Source of the DNA: Promethearchaeota archaeon
GTDB lineage: Archaea > Asgardarchaeota > Lokiarchaeia > Sigyniarchaeales > SOKP01
Assembly (NCBI GenBank): GCA_048941285.1
Contig: JBHLNS010000021.1
Location: 1 to 50,291 of the forward strand
Length of the DNA stretch: 50,291 bases
Reading direction: 5' to 3'
Part shown: positions 19,988-29,175 of the stretch, piece after piece
How positions within the stretch are numbered: position 1 is the stretch's first letter
How the letters are laid out: each line of letters opens with the position of its first letter
Notes under the pieces: generated by a model
What the model was told of the DNA's origin: nothing
Database searches by the model: none
Seen by the model: only the letters and a program-made list of their open reading frames with translations
Position numbers and translations under genes: made by a program

Positions 19988-20596
19988 TTATCCCTCAGAT
20001 TGCAAAAGATTTAATTTAAATTCTTTTGTTAAGATTTCATATATTCTATGCATAGGCAAGCCAATAACATTGGATGCAGATCCTTCAATTTTTCTTATGA
20101 ATAAACTAGCTCTATCTTTTATTGAATAAGCCCCGGCACGTCCTTTCCATTCTTTGGTTTTAATATATAAACTAACTTCTTCATTAGTGAGTTCGAGAAA
20201 TTGGACATGTGTAGTATCAGAATCAACAATTATTTTAGAATTAGTAGTTTCAGTAATTGCTATTCCGGTTATTAGTTCATGAGTTCTTCCTATTAATTTT
20301 TTTAGAATTTTGAACGCTTCTTCTTCATTTTGCGCTTTCCCAATTATTTCTCCATCAAGAACGACTAAAGTGTCAGCGGCAATAATTATTGCATCTATTT
20401 GCATTTTTGATAGCTTATTTCTAGCAAATTCTAATTTAGCTTTAGCAAGTTCCTTTACAAGACTATCCGCATTTGAAAATTTGTCTTTAAATTTCTTTTC
20501 ATCAATATTAGTTATAATTATTTCAAAAGGAATTCCAGCAGCCTTAAGAATTTCGCTTCGATCAATTGATTTTGAGGCTAATATAATTTTTTTCAA
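19988..20596 (-). CDS. maf: Maf family nucleoside triphosphate pyrophosphatase
   Basis: IILASKS..R, IIAADTLV, IIGK, AGAYSI, EGSASNVIGLP. Confidence 0.93.
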   Translation of the reverse strand: MKKIILASKSIDRSEILKAAGIPFEIIITNIDEKKFKDKFSNADSLVKELAKAKLEFARNKLSKMQIDAIIIAADTLVVLDGEIIGKAQNEEEAFKILKKLIGRTHELITGIAITETTNSKIIVDSDTTHVQFLELTNEEVSLYIKTKEWKGRAGAYSIKDRASLFIRKIEGSASNVIGLPMHRIYEILTKEFKLNLLQSEG

Positions 20597-20772
20597 ACTT
20601 AATATCCCTCGCTTTAAAATTTAAGCTAACTAATTATAAGATTATTTTTTTTGTAAATTTTTTTCTTCTAACTTATTTTAAAATTAATAATTTCCCTTGC
20701 GTTCAACACAAATATATTTAATAAATTTTAAAGAACAAATATATAATAGTTAAAAATTAAGTTATAAAAATT

Positions 20773-21876
20773 ATGGATTACTTTCCGCTCTATTTTCTTC
20801 TAATTGTATCTTCTTATTTCTTTATAATTTTTAATTATATTCATCTTTCATATAAATCGGATTATCTGAATAACTTTTTTGGATTTATTACTTTAATATT
20901 CGTGTTATTCCATATCGTTTTATTCGTTTCATTGATGAATCAAGAACCATCTCTTCGATATTTTTTTATCCCCCTTTGGTTAATATCATTAGGAATACCC
21001 ATATTAATTGTAGGAATTTTAATTTTAATTTCTACAGGAGTCATTTTTGCTATTAAAGAAGACCTTCAAGATAATTTTTCAAAGTTGAGTTCTAAATTAG
21101 AGGAAAAACGAAGGGTCTGGAGTAAAGCAAAGAAAGATACTCTCAGAAAACTTAATCATATTTTAATATTTATAGGACTTCTATTTGTTTGGTATATTGG
21201 GCTAATTCTAGTACATATTTTTACAGGGTCTTCAACAGGGATGATTCCGGAAGAAAACAATATGTTTCTGTTATATTTAAGAATTATTAATGAACCAAAT
21301 TCTATTAAAGAAGTGCTTTTTTCATTAGGCTGGTTTTACTATATTTTATTTTTCTTCTTTTATATTATGACCATTTTCATGTTATCAAATGAATTTGCTC
21401 GTAAGTCTAAAAGATTTTATTTTCCATTTACATTTTTTACCAAAATATACCTTTCTGAAGACGAGAAACAAAATTATGGTACATATTTATATTTTGCGAT
21501 TGGACAGATGTTTGCTGCATTTGTTTGTCCTCCAATGATATTTTTTATGATATTAGGTACTGCCTCAATTAGTGATTTAGCAACAAGTCAAGTTGGAATA
21601 AGATTTGGAAAGAGACATCTTAGATGGAATCAAAATAAAACTTGGGAGGGTACGATGGCAGGTACGGTAGTTACATTAATATTGGGGTTTATATTTGTGG
21701 GTATTTTTTGGTCGCTGATTTTCGCTTTAGTATTTTTAGCTATTGATATTCTTACAAATCGACCAATTAATTTATCAGATAATTTTTTAATACCAATAGG
21801 CTTTAGCCTTGTGTATTTATTTATACGATTTGTCTTTAACTTAAATTATTATACAATCATATTATTCTGGATTTGA
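20773..21876 (+). CDS. CTP-dependent phytol/dolichol/diacylglycerol kinase-like membrane protein
   Basis: LRKLNHI, SDLATSQVGIRFGK, NKTWEG, SDNFLIP; multiple TM helices. Confidence 0.8.
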   Translation: MDYFPLYFLLIVSSYFFIIFNYIHLSYKSDYLNNFFGFITLIFVLFHIVLFVSLMNQEPSLRYFFIPLWLISLGIPILIVGILILISTGVIFAIKEDLQDNFSKLSSKLEEKRRVWSKAKKDTLRKLNHILIFIGLLFVWYIGLILVHIFTGSSTGMIPEENNMFLLYLRIINEPNSIKEVLFSLGWFYYILFFFFYIMTIFMLSNEFARKSKRFYFPFTFFTKIYLSEDEKQNYGTYLYFAIGQMFAAFVCPPMIFFMILGTASISDLATSQVGIRFGKRHLRWNQNKTWEGTMAGTVVTLILGFIFVGIFWSLIFALVFLAIDILTNRPINLSDNFLIPIGFSLVYLFIRFVFNLNYYTIILFWI

Positions 21877-21890
21877 GAGGGCTTAATATA

Positions 21891-22922
21891 ATGTATTTCT
21901 TGTTTACGAGTTTAATTTTAATTGTATATTCGATTTTAACTTTAATCTATACAATAGAAAATAAGAAAAATAAAATAGAAAATCATGTTTTTACCAATGA
22001 GATTCTAATTTCTTTACTATTTTTGACAGCAGCTCTTTTATTTCCATTTATGTATCAATTTCATTCTCCCAGTTTAAGCCAAAATTCTTTGAATTTCTTA
22101 TGGATATCTACCTCTATCTTTTTTATGGTTGAAATGGGTATTTGGGGCCTTACATTACTGTATAATGCTATTATTTCAAAAAGAAATCCGTTAATTATGG
22201 CAGAAAGAGATTATAGCAAATTTTGTGAAGAATTCAACAGTAATTGGGTAGATGATTTAAAAAGCGAATTAGGTAGAAAATTTCTTCATTTATTTACTTG
22301 CCTGGTGATTTTTTTCTTCTGGACCATAGGGACTATATTAAATGTTATAGGTATTTTAGCACAGTGGGGTTTAGATAATTATAGTTTTTCTTACTGGTTA
22401 ACTATTACTGTTGGTTATGGTTTTGTATTTATGTTTCAAGTAGCAGACCTTATTCGGCTAAATAAATATTATATGTTACCAAATTGGGCAAGAAAATGGT
22501 ATTTAGATATGAAACAGAGCGAATTATATACATTCATAGCATCTACTCCATTAGTTTTATCTTTTTCACCTTTTATTTTTGCTCCTTTTCCGATATTAGC
22601 TGCTGTTGCCTTAATTACAACCGGCTCAGATGGGGTTGCTTGTATTATAGGAAAGAAATTTGGAAAACATCATCTTCGGACAAATAATAAAAAGACTATC
22701 GAAGGTCTTATTGCAGGAGGTTTATCAACATTTGTCGTAGTTTTATTAATTTCGATCCTCTATTATCCCTGGATGCCAATAGCTATCGAAAAAATTATCA
22801 TAATGAGCGTTATCGCCACTTTAATATTTATGCTTATAGATGCTTACGTCAAAAATATTTCTGATAACATACTAAATCCCTTATTGACAGGCTTTGCAAT
22901 GTGGATAATATTCTTAGTCTAA
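21891..22922 (+). CDS. CTP-dependent phytol/dolichol/diacylglycerol kinase-like membrane protein (paralog)
   Basis: ELGRKFLHL, SDGVACIIGKKFGK, KKTIEG, SDNILNP. ATG at 21891; alternative TTG start at 21873. Confidence 0.8.
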   Translation: MYFLFTSLILIVYSILTLIYTIENKKNKIENHVFTNEILISLLFLTAALLFPFMYQFHSPSLSQNSLNFLWISTSIFFMVEMGIWGLTLLYNAIISKRNPLIMAERDYSKFCEEFNSNWVDDLKSELGRKFLHLFTCLVIFFFWTIGTILNVIGILAQWGLDNYSFSYWLTITVGYGFVFMFQVADLIRLNKYYMLPNWARKWYLDMKQSELYTFIASTPLVLSFSPFIFAPFPILAAVALITTGSDGVACIIGKKFGKHHLRTNNKKTIEGLIAGGLSTFVVVLLISILYYPWMPIAIEKIIIMSVIATLIFMLIDAYVKNISDNILNPLLTGFAMWIIFLV

Positions 22923-22948
22923 AATGGACTTTTTAATTTTTATATGTT

Positions 22949-23239
22949 TTAGCCACCAAAGTAAATATAAATAAAGACTACTTGGTCTCCATCTTTCAGT
23001 ATAGTTTCTAAAAATTTATCATGTTGATAACTTTGCCCATTTATAATAATAGAAAGAAGTTTGTTGAATTTTCCTTTTACTCCTTTTTCCCAAACTAGAT
23101 CTGTAAATTGATCTCCAAACCTTTGCCCAAAATATTCTATTAATTCATTTAAGGTAAGTTCTTTATCAAATTCAAGTACTTCATTAAGATTTTTAGTGAT
23201 CTCATTAAATGGTGGAGAAAATTCAAGACTTAATTTCAT
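22949..23239 (-). CDS. MoaD/ThiS/SAMP ubiquitin-like protein
   Basis: 96 aa, IIING..LKDGDQVVF and C-terminal GG. Confidence 0.9.
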   Translation of the reverse strand: MKLSLEFSPPFNEITKNLNEVLEFDKELTLNELIEYFGQRFGDQFTDLVWEKGVKGKFNKLLSIIINGQSYQHDKFLETILKDGDQVVFIYIYFGG

Positions 23240-23357
23240 TTTTTAAGGAATCTCTTCAATTTATTAATCTTAAGAGTTTAAAGGGAATAAATTAATAAAA
23301 ATTTGATGTTAATAAAAAATAAAAAGAAAAAAGAAGGTTTAAAATAATTTTTTGCTT

Positions 23358-23531
23358 TTAATCATCTTCAGTCGCTTCTTCAAGTGCCTTTTTAACTCCT
23401 TTTTTCACACTACCTTTTTTAACTGTTTTTTTCACTCCTTTTCCCACTGCTTCAGAGCCGGTTACATTTTCTGCGATGTTACCTAAACCTTTAGCCAATC
23501 CTTTCTTAAGTTTTTTTCCAAATCCACCCAT
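23358..23531 (-). CDS. 57-aa Lys/Gly-rich small protein
   Basis: MGGFGKKLKKGLAKGLG...ALEEATEDD. GC-richer than its AT-rich flanks and followed by a T-rich tract on the minus strand. Confidence 0.7.
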   Translation of the reverse strand: MGGFGKKLKKGLAKGLGNIAENVTGSEAVGKGVKKTVKKGSVKKGVKKALEEATEDD

Positions 23532-23750
23532 AAAATTCACTTTAATATGTTTAATTATATTTTGAAATAATTCTTATTATTATATTCTTATAATAAACTA
23601 ATGAAAATTTGGGTATTTTAAATATTTGGAAAAAGCTGAAATAAAAATTTATTAAACTCTATTGAATTTTATTAAATTTGTAATAAATAAATTCTAATAC
23701 TGTAAATAGTAAATATCAGTATTATTCATAACATAAGAAAATATTGAAAA

Positions 23751-24752
23751 ATGGCAAAAGTTTTTTTTATTTCAAAAAACAATATTAGAGATGCTTGGCT
23801 TTCCGCTGTTGGAAATGTATTATTTTTAGGTGATGATATTAAAACAGAATATGATAAGCCTAACGAACCTCCTTCTAGGGATGCTACAGTTTTAATAGAG
23901 GTTACGGAACCATTTAGTAATCCAATTATCCGCAAAGATAAGGTTATGAAAATTAAATCTAAGTTTGGTAATTCTTATGAAGTTTATGGTTGTTTAGCAG
24001 ATACATATTTAATTGGTTCTATACAAAGTGGATATATTGAAGAAATAATTGAAGGGATAAATGATTATTTATTAAGTAAGTCTGATGTTAGTTTTCCATA
24101 TTCGTATCACGACAGAATTTATAATTATACACCATTCTCTCTCGAGGATACGATTCACAGAAATTATGATCTTACAATTATCAAAAATAATACTGTAAAA
24201 GGACATCAAAAGTTGTTAAAAGCCGAAAAAGTAATAAGTACTCCAGAGTCAAATATCTGGAGATTGAAAAATGGTATTGAATTTGACTTAGATAAAAATA
24301 TTTCAGAACAAATTGGAATTAAAGAAATACCAATAGCCGTACTTGAATTACCGAGGATTAATCAAATCAATTATATTATTGAAAAACTTAAAGAAAGACC
24401 TTATAGCCGTAGAGCACAAGCGATAACCTGGAGACCATTAATTGATCCATTTCACATAGACCCTCCTTGTTTACAAAGAATTTATATGCGTATAAAAGAA
24501 GGAAAATTAATAATGCAAACAACTTGGAGAAGTAGAGATTTATTCAGAGCGTGGGAAGCAAATGTTAATGGCATGATTAGAATTCAAAAGTATGTTGCTG
24601 ATCAACTAGGAGTTGGAATAGGTCACTATTTAGATTTTAGCAATTCTTTACATATTTATGGAAGCAGTATTTCTGAAGTTAAAGATATGTTGAACCGTAT
24701 GAATAATAAGGGAGAACTCCCAGAAGAAATTATTAATTTAATGAAAATATAA
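23751..24752 (+). CDS. thyA: Archaeal-type thymidylate synthase
   Basis: YSYHDRI, NQINYIIEKL..SRRAQAITW, catalytic PPCL, RSRD, AN, SLHIY. Confidence 0.85.
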   Translation: MAKVFFISKNNIRDAWLSAVGNVLFLGDDIKTEYDKPNEPPSRDATVLIEVTEPFSNPIIRKDKVMKIKSKFGNSYEVYGCLADTYLIGSIQSGYIEEIIEGINDYLLSKSDVSFPYSYHDRIYNYTPFSLEDTIHRNYDLTIIKNNTVKGHQKLLKAEKVISTPESNIWRLKNGIEFDLDKNISEQIGIKEIPIAVLELPRINQINYIIEKLKERPYSRRAQAITWRPLIDPFHIDPPCLQRIYMRIKEGKLIMQTTWRSRDLFRAWEANVNGMIRIQKYVADQLGVGIGHYLDFSNSLHIYGSSISEVKDMLNRMNNKGELPEEIINLMKI

Positions 24753-24778
24753 GACTTTTGCGATTAAACAAAAAAGAT

Positions 24779-25534
24779 TTAAAAGATTTTAGGAAAAACT
24801 TTTCTAGTATTTTTTTCAATTTGTATTTCTAATTCTTCAGAATTAATTTTCTTTAATTTAGAGATGGCATTTAAAACATCTTTAATCATTGCAGGAGTGC
24901 CGATTTTTCCAGAATATTTCACTGGTCCATCACTTTCCAAAAGTAGATGATCTATATCAACATCTAAAACTGTTTTTTTAACCGCTGGAGAATAACTAAT
25001 GGCAGGTGTAATTGAGAAATAATATCCTCGTTCAATTCCTAAATTTAATATATGATCAGGTCCAGAATACCAATGAATATTAACGTTAGGAATATTAAAT
25101 GAGGGAAGTAGATCAAAAACTATTGTTTCTGCACCTTTAGTATGTAGATTAACCGGTAAATTCAATTTTTGTGCTAATTCAAGCATAGTTTTAAATATTT
25201 CCATTTGAAGTGGGTATAACTCCTTTTCTTTAACAAAATGGTGATCTAACCCGATTTCTCCAATAGCACAGATTTTATCACAATTTTTACTAATAAAATC
25301 TACTACTGAATCTAATTGATTTTGAATATTTTCATTCATCCTCACTTCCTCAGGATGGATTCCTAAAGCAGGATAGATTGCATTATATTTATCAGAAATC
25401 TCTAATATCCTCTCTAGACTGGTAAAACTCATCCCAACTGAGATGATCTTTTCCACTCCGAGATTTTTTGCTTCTTTAATTATTTCTTCAATAATAAGAT
25501 AGAGATTAGCGTGACAGTGGATATCTATTAACAT
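24779..25534 (-). CDS. tatD: TatD family deoxyribonuclease
   Basis: IDIHCH, GIHP, AIGEIGLD, PVNLH, IHWYSG, LLESDGP. Confidence 0.93.
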   Translation of the reverse strand: MLIDIHCHANLYLIIEEIIKEAKNLGVEKIISVGMSFTSLERILEISDKYNAIYPALGIHPEEVRMNENIQNQLDSVVDFISKNCDKICAIGEIGLDHHFVKEKELYPLQMEIFKTMLELAQKLNLPVNLHTKGAETIVFDLLPSFNIPNVNIHWYSGPDHILNLGIERGYYFSITPAISYSPAVKKTVLDVDIDHLLLESDGPVKYSGKIGTPAMIKDVLNAISKLKKINSEELEIQIEKNTRKVFPKIF

Positions 25535-25581
25535 TTTTAAAACCTGGTGGATTATTGCTGAGATTAGGGCAGGAAAAATTA

Positions 25582-25920
25582 TTACATATTATTTACTTGC
25601 TCTCGTACCAGAGCAATCTTTTTAACCAATTCAAACTTTTTCCTCCAATTATAATCAGAAGTTTCTAAATCATTTTGTAAAGACTCTAACTCTTTCAATA
25701 ACATATTTTTGAGATCTTCCTTGTTAAATTGTCCAATATATTTTGGAAGGGGTTCAAATTTTGCAGCTCTTTTTATCCTCAAATCTGATATTGCTTTTGC
25801 TAATTGTGCTTGAAATCCTTTTGATTGTGTTGGATCAATATCTTCTAGTGTGTCAAAAGAATGCTTTAAGCCTGTAATAAATGCTTCTAGATCTTCAATA
25901 TCGACTGTATCTTTTGCCAT
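25582..25920 (-). CDS. Hypothetical helical protein
   Basis: 112-aa ATG ORF in an otherwise non-coding gap. Confidence 0.7.
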   Translation of the reverse strand: MAKDTVDIEDLEAFITGLKHSFDTLEDIDPTQSKGFQAQLAKAISDLRIKRAAKFEPLPKYIGQFNKEDLKNMLLKELESLQNDLETSDYNWRKKFELVKKIALVREQVNNM

Positions 25921-26285
25921 AAGTAATCGTAGGATACTATTTTCATAAAAATATAAGTTCTAGAAGGAAATTAAATATTTATTATTGTTTATTTTGCTAT
26001 AAAAAGAAAAATTGAAAGATATTAAACAAAAAGAAACCAATATAAAAAGAAAAAAAAAGAAAGAAAAACCTAAATTTAACAAATTTAAAGTTCTTCTGAG
26101 GTCTCAATGTTTTTAATCGTTTTTAAAGCACCTAATCTTATCTTTTAATTTAAATTTTTGTATTGATTTAGGCTCTTTCTTTTCTTTTACTAGAATTTTA
26201 TTCATTTGTAGCTGTAGTAAATTCAATGTCTTGTAATATAAAATTAAGATTATATTTAAAATCCTATAAAAACTAAATAAAATAT

Positions 26286-28193
26286 ATGCCAATTACTAAT
26301 AATCAAGATATTTCAAGTTTATTAGCAGAATATAGAAAGAAACATGTAAGTTTAGATGATGCAATTAAGAAATACATTAAACCAGGGAATCGTATTTTTA
26401 TTGATTCTGGTTGTTCAGAACCTATTGATCTTACAAAAAAGTTAATAGAATTTGGTTTAAAACTTCCTGATGTGGCAATACTACATTTCCTTAGTCTTAG
26501 TGATTTAGATTACTATGAAACTGCTGGAGGTATAGAAGATTTATTTAGGCATAATGCGTTTTTTATTGGAAAATCACTTCGTAAATATGTAGATGCCGGC
26601 CAAGCGGATTATACACCAATGCTTCTTTCAGAGATTCCCAATTTATTTAAATCTGGAAAAATACACATAGATACTGCACTAATTCAAGTAAGTCCACCAG
26701 ATCGATACGGTTTTAGTAGTTATGGAATTAACGTAGACATTGTTAAGCCTATTGCAGAGTCTGCTGACCAAGTAGTGGCTGAAATAAATCCAAATATGCC
26801 ACGCACCTTAGGGGATTCTTTTATTCATATGGATGACATAGATGCTTTTGTTCTAAGTGATCATGACATTATAGAATTTAATTATGGTGAGCTTGATGAT
26901 GTGTCTACTAGGATAGCAAAATTTGTAGCTTCTTTAGTTGAAGATGAATCAACTATTCAAATGGGAATTGGTCAAATTCCAAATGCAGTAACAAATGAAT
27001 TGATGGGAAAAAAGGATTTAGGTGTTCATAGTGAAGTATTTTCAGATGGGATAGTTGATCTTGTCGAAAAAGGCGTAGTGACCTGTAAAAAGAAGACCTT
27101 ACACAGAGATAAAATTATTTGCTCTTTTGTAATGGGATCTAAAAGATTATATGATTTTGTTGATGATAATCCTATGGTAGAGTTCCATCCGTGTGATTAT
27201 ACAAATGATCCCTATATAATTAGTCAAAATAAAAAACAAGTAGCTATTAATGCTGCTTTGAGTGTTGATTTAACGGGGCAAGTAAATTCAGATTCTTTAG
27301 GATACAGATTTTATAGTGGAATTGGAGGACAAGTTGATTTTGTAAGAGGGGCAGGGAAAGCAATTGATGGAAAACCAATTATGACATTGCCATCCACGGC
27401 AACTTTAAAAGATGGAACTTTGGTTTCTCGGATAGTTCCTTATCTTCGACCTGGTTCTGGTGTTGTAATAACAAGAGGAGACATCCATTATGTAGTGACT
27501 GAATGGGGTATTGCTTATCTTTATGGAAAAAGTATCAGGGAAAGAGTTCTTGAAATGATTAATATAGCACATCCGAATTTTCGAGAAGAGTTATTAGAAC
27601 ATGCAAAAAAATGGAAATACGTATATTCAGATCAAAAATTACCCATATCTATAGATGGAAGAATTAGCATTTATCCAGAAAAATATGAGACTATTTTTAA
27701 GCTTAAGAATAAAAAAAAAGTAAGAATACGACCTGTAAAACCTACAGATGAAAGAATGATTCAAGAACTTCATTATTCCTTAGATGAACAAGATAGATAT
27801 TTGAGATTCTTTACCCCTGTCAAAGATTTTCGCCATAAAAAAATACAACCGATGGTTAATATTGATTACTCAACAGATATGATTTTAGTCGGAGAATATA
27901 GTGAAGATGGAGAAGAAAAAATTATTGCTTTAGGAGCATTTTTCAAAACTGTTCAACCCTCTATCGCAGAGTTAGCCTTTGTAGTTCATAAAGATTGGAG
28001 AGGATTAGGGATAACTAAATTTTTATTAAATTACTTAGTACAAATTGGCAAAGAGCTCAATTACCGTACATTTTCTGGTTCAATTTTGCTTGAAAATAAA
28101 CCTATGTTGCATATTATTAATAGTTCAGGATATTTGTTAAAACTTAAGAGAATAGAGAGCGGTGTTACGATATTCGCATTTGATCTTTCTTAG
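26286..28193 (+). CDS. Acetyl-CoA hydrolase/CoA-transferase fused to a C-terminal GNAT acetyltransferase
   Basis: EINPNMPRTLG, IQMGIGQIP, LGVHSE, SGIGGQVDFVRGA, VVTEWG; then IRPVKPTD, RYLRFF, AELAFVVHKDWRGLG. Confidence 0.92.
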   Translation: MPITNNQDISSLLAEYRKKHVSLDDAIKKYIKPGNRIFIDSGCSEPIDLTKKLIEFGLKLPDVAILHFLSLSDLDYYETAGGIEDLFRHNAFFIGKSLRKYVDAGQADYTPMLLSEIPNLFKSGKIHIDTALIQVSPPDRYGFSSYGINVDIVKPIAESADQVVAEINPNMPRTLGDSFIHMDDIDAFVLSDHDIIEFNYGELDDVSTRIAKFVASLVEDESTIQMGIGQIPNAVTNELMGKKDLGVHSEVFSDGIVDLVEKGVVTCKKKTLHRDKIICSFVMGSKRLYDFVDDNPMVEFHPCDYTNDPYIISQNKKQVAINAALSVDLTGQVNSDSLGYRFYSGIGGQVDFVRGAGKAIDGKPIMTLPSTATLKDGTLVSRIVPYLRPGSGVVITRGDIHYVVTEWGIAYLYGKSIRERVLEMINIAHPNFREELLEHAKKWKYVYSDQKLPISIDGRISIYPEKYETIFKLKNKKKVRIRPVKPTDERMIQELHYSLDEQDRYLRFFTPVKDFRHKKIQPMVNIDYSTDMILVGEYSEDGEEKIIALGAFFKTVQPSIAELAFVVHKDWRGLGITKFLLNYLVQIGKELNYRTFSGSILLENKPMLHIINSSGYLLKLKRIESGVTIFAFDLS

Positions 28194-28287
28194 TTTCGAA
28201 ATGCGAAGTTTAAATTATAATTTAAAATCCATAAATTCAATTTTACTAAATCCTTTTTTATATCTACTATAGAATGACAATTTTTTT

Positions 28288-29169
28288 GTGTTTAAAATTA
28301 ACGAAGAATTATTTATTAGCGACTTTCATAGACTTTATAGCAAAAAGGGTCTAAACTCTGAAATAATAGAATTATTTAAGAAAATTATTTATGATTACTA
28401 CAAAAATCATAAGAGAAAATTTCCTTTTAGGGAAAATATAAACCCCTATAATGTTTTAATATCAGAAATAATGCTCCAACAAACCCAAACAGGAAGGGTA
28501 TCAGAAAAATATTTAAATTTTACGAAAAAGTTTCCTAATTTTTCATCTCTATCTGCGGCTTCAATCGAAGAAGTTCTTAAGGAATGGAAGGGCTTAGGAT
28601 ATAACAGAAGGGCTATAGCATTGAAAACAATAGCAGATACTGTTGTTAGAGAATTTAAGGGAAAACTCCCTGAATCAATAGATTTGTTAAAATCCTTTCC
28701 ACAAATAGGACATAATACGGCATCATCAATTATTACATTTGCTTTTAATAAACCTACAGTTTTTATTGAAACAAATATCAGAAGGGTTTACATTTATTTT
28801 TTCTTTCATAATAAAAGGAAGATCAATGATAAAGAAATTTTATCAATCGTTAAAAAGACAGTTGATAATGCTAATCCTCGTGAATGGTATTATGCTTTAA
28901 TGGATTATGGTGTAATGCTCAAAAAAATTCATCCAGAATTAAATAAGAAAAGTACTCAATATCGAAAACAAGCACCGTTTAAAGGGTCAACAAGGCAAAT
29001 TAGAGGAAAGATTTTAGATTTATTAATTAAACAAGGAACTGTGAATATAAAAAAAATACATAGAGAATTTAATATTAAGGAACCAAAAAGAATAAAAAAT
29101 ACTCTTAACCAATTAGAAAAAGAAGGTTTCATTGAGATTATTGAAGATCAGATTACTCTCAAAAAATAG
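28288..29169 (+). CDS. mutY: MutY-like HhH-GPD DNA glycosylase without Fe-S cluster
   Basis: PYNVLISEIMLQQTQ, WKGLGYNRRA, helix-hairpin-helix, ALMDYG. No CxxxxxxCxxC motif. Confidence 0.85.
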   Translation: MFKINEELFISDFHRLYSKKGLNSEIIELFKKIIYDYYKNHKRKFPFRENINPYNVLISEIMLQQTQTGRVSEKYLNFTKKFPNFSSLSAASIEEVLKEWKGLGYNRRAIALKTIADTVVREFKGKLPESIDLLKSFPQIGHNTASSIITFAFNKPTVFIETNIRRVYIYFFFHNKRKINDKEILSIVKKTVDNANPREWYYALMDYGVMLKKIHPELNKKSTQYRKQAPFKGSTRQIRGKILDLLIKQGTVNIKKIHREFNIKEPKRIKNTLNQLEKEGFIEIIEDQITLKK

Positions 29170-29175
29170 AGATTT

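Noticed and set aside
25921-26285. A-rich and T-rich tracts between divergent genes as a possible ncRNA
   Set aside because: Low-complexity AT-rich DNA typical of promoter spacers here, with no GC-rich stems like those of the tRNAs.
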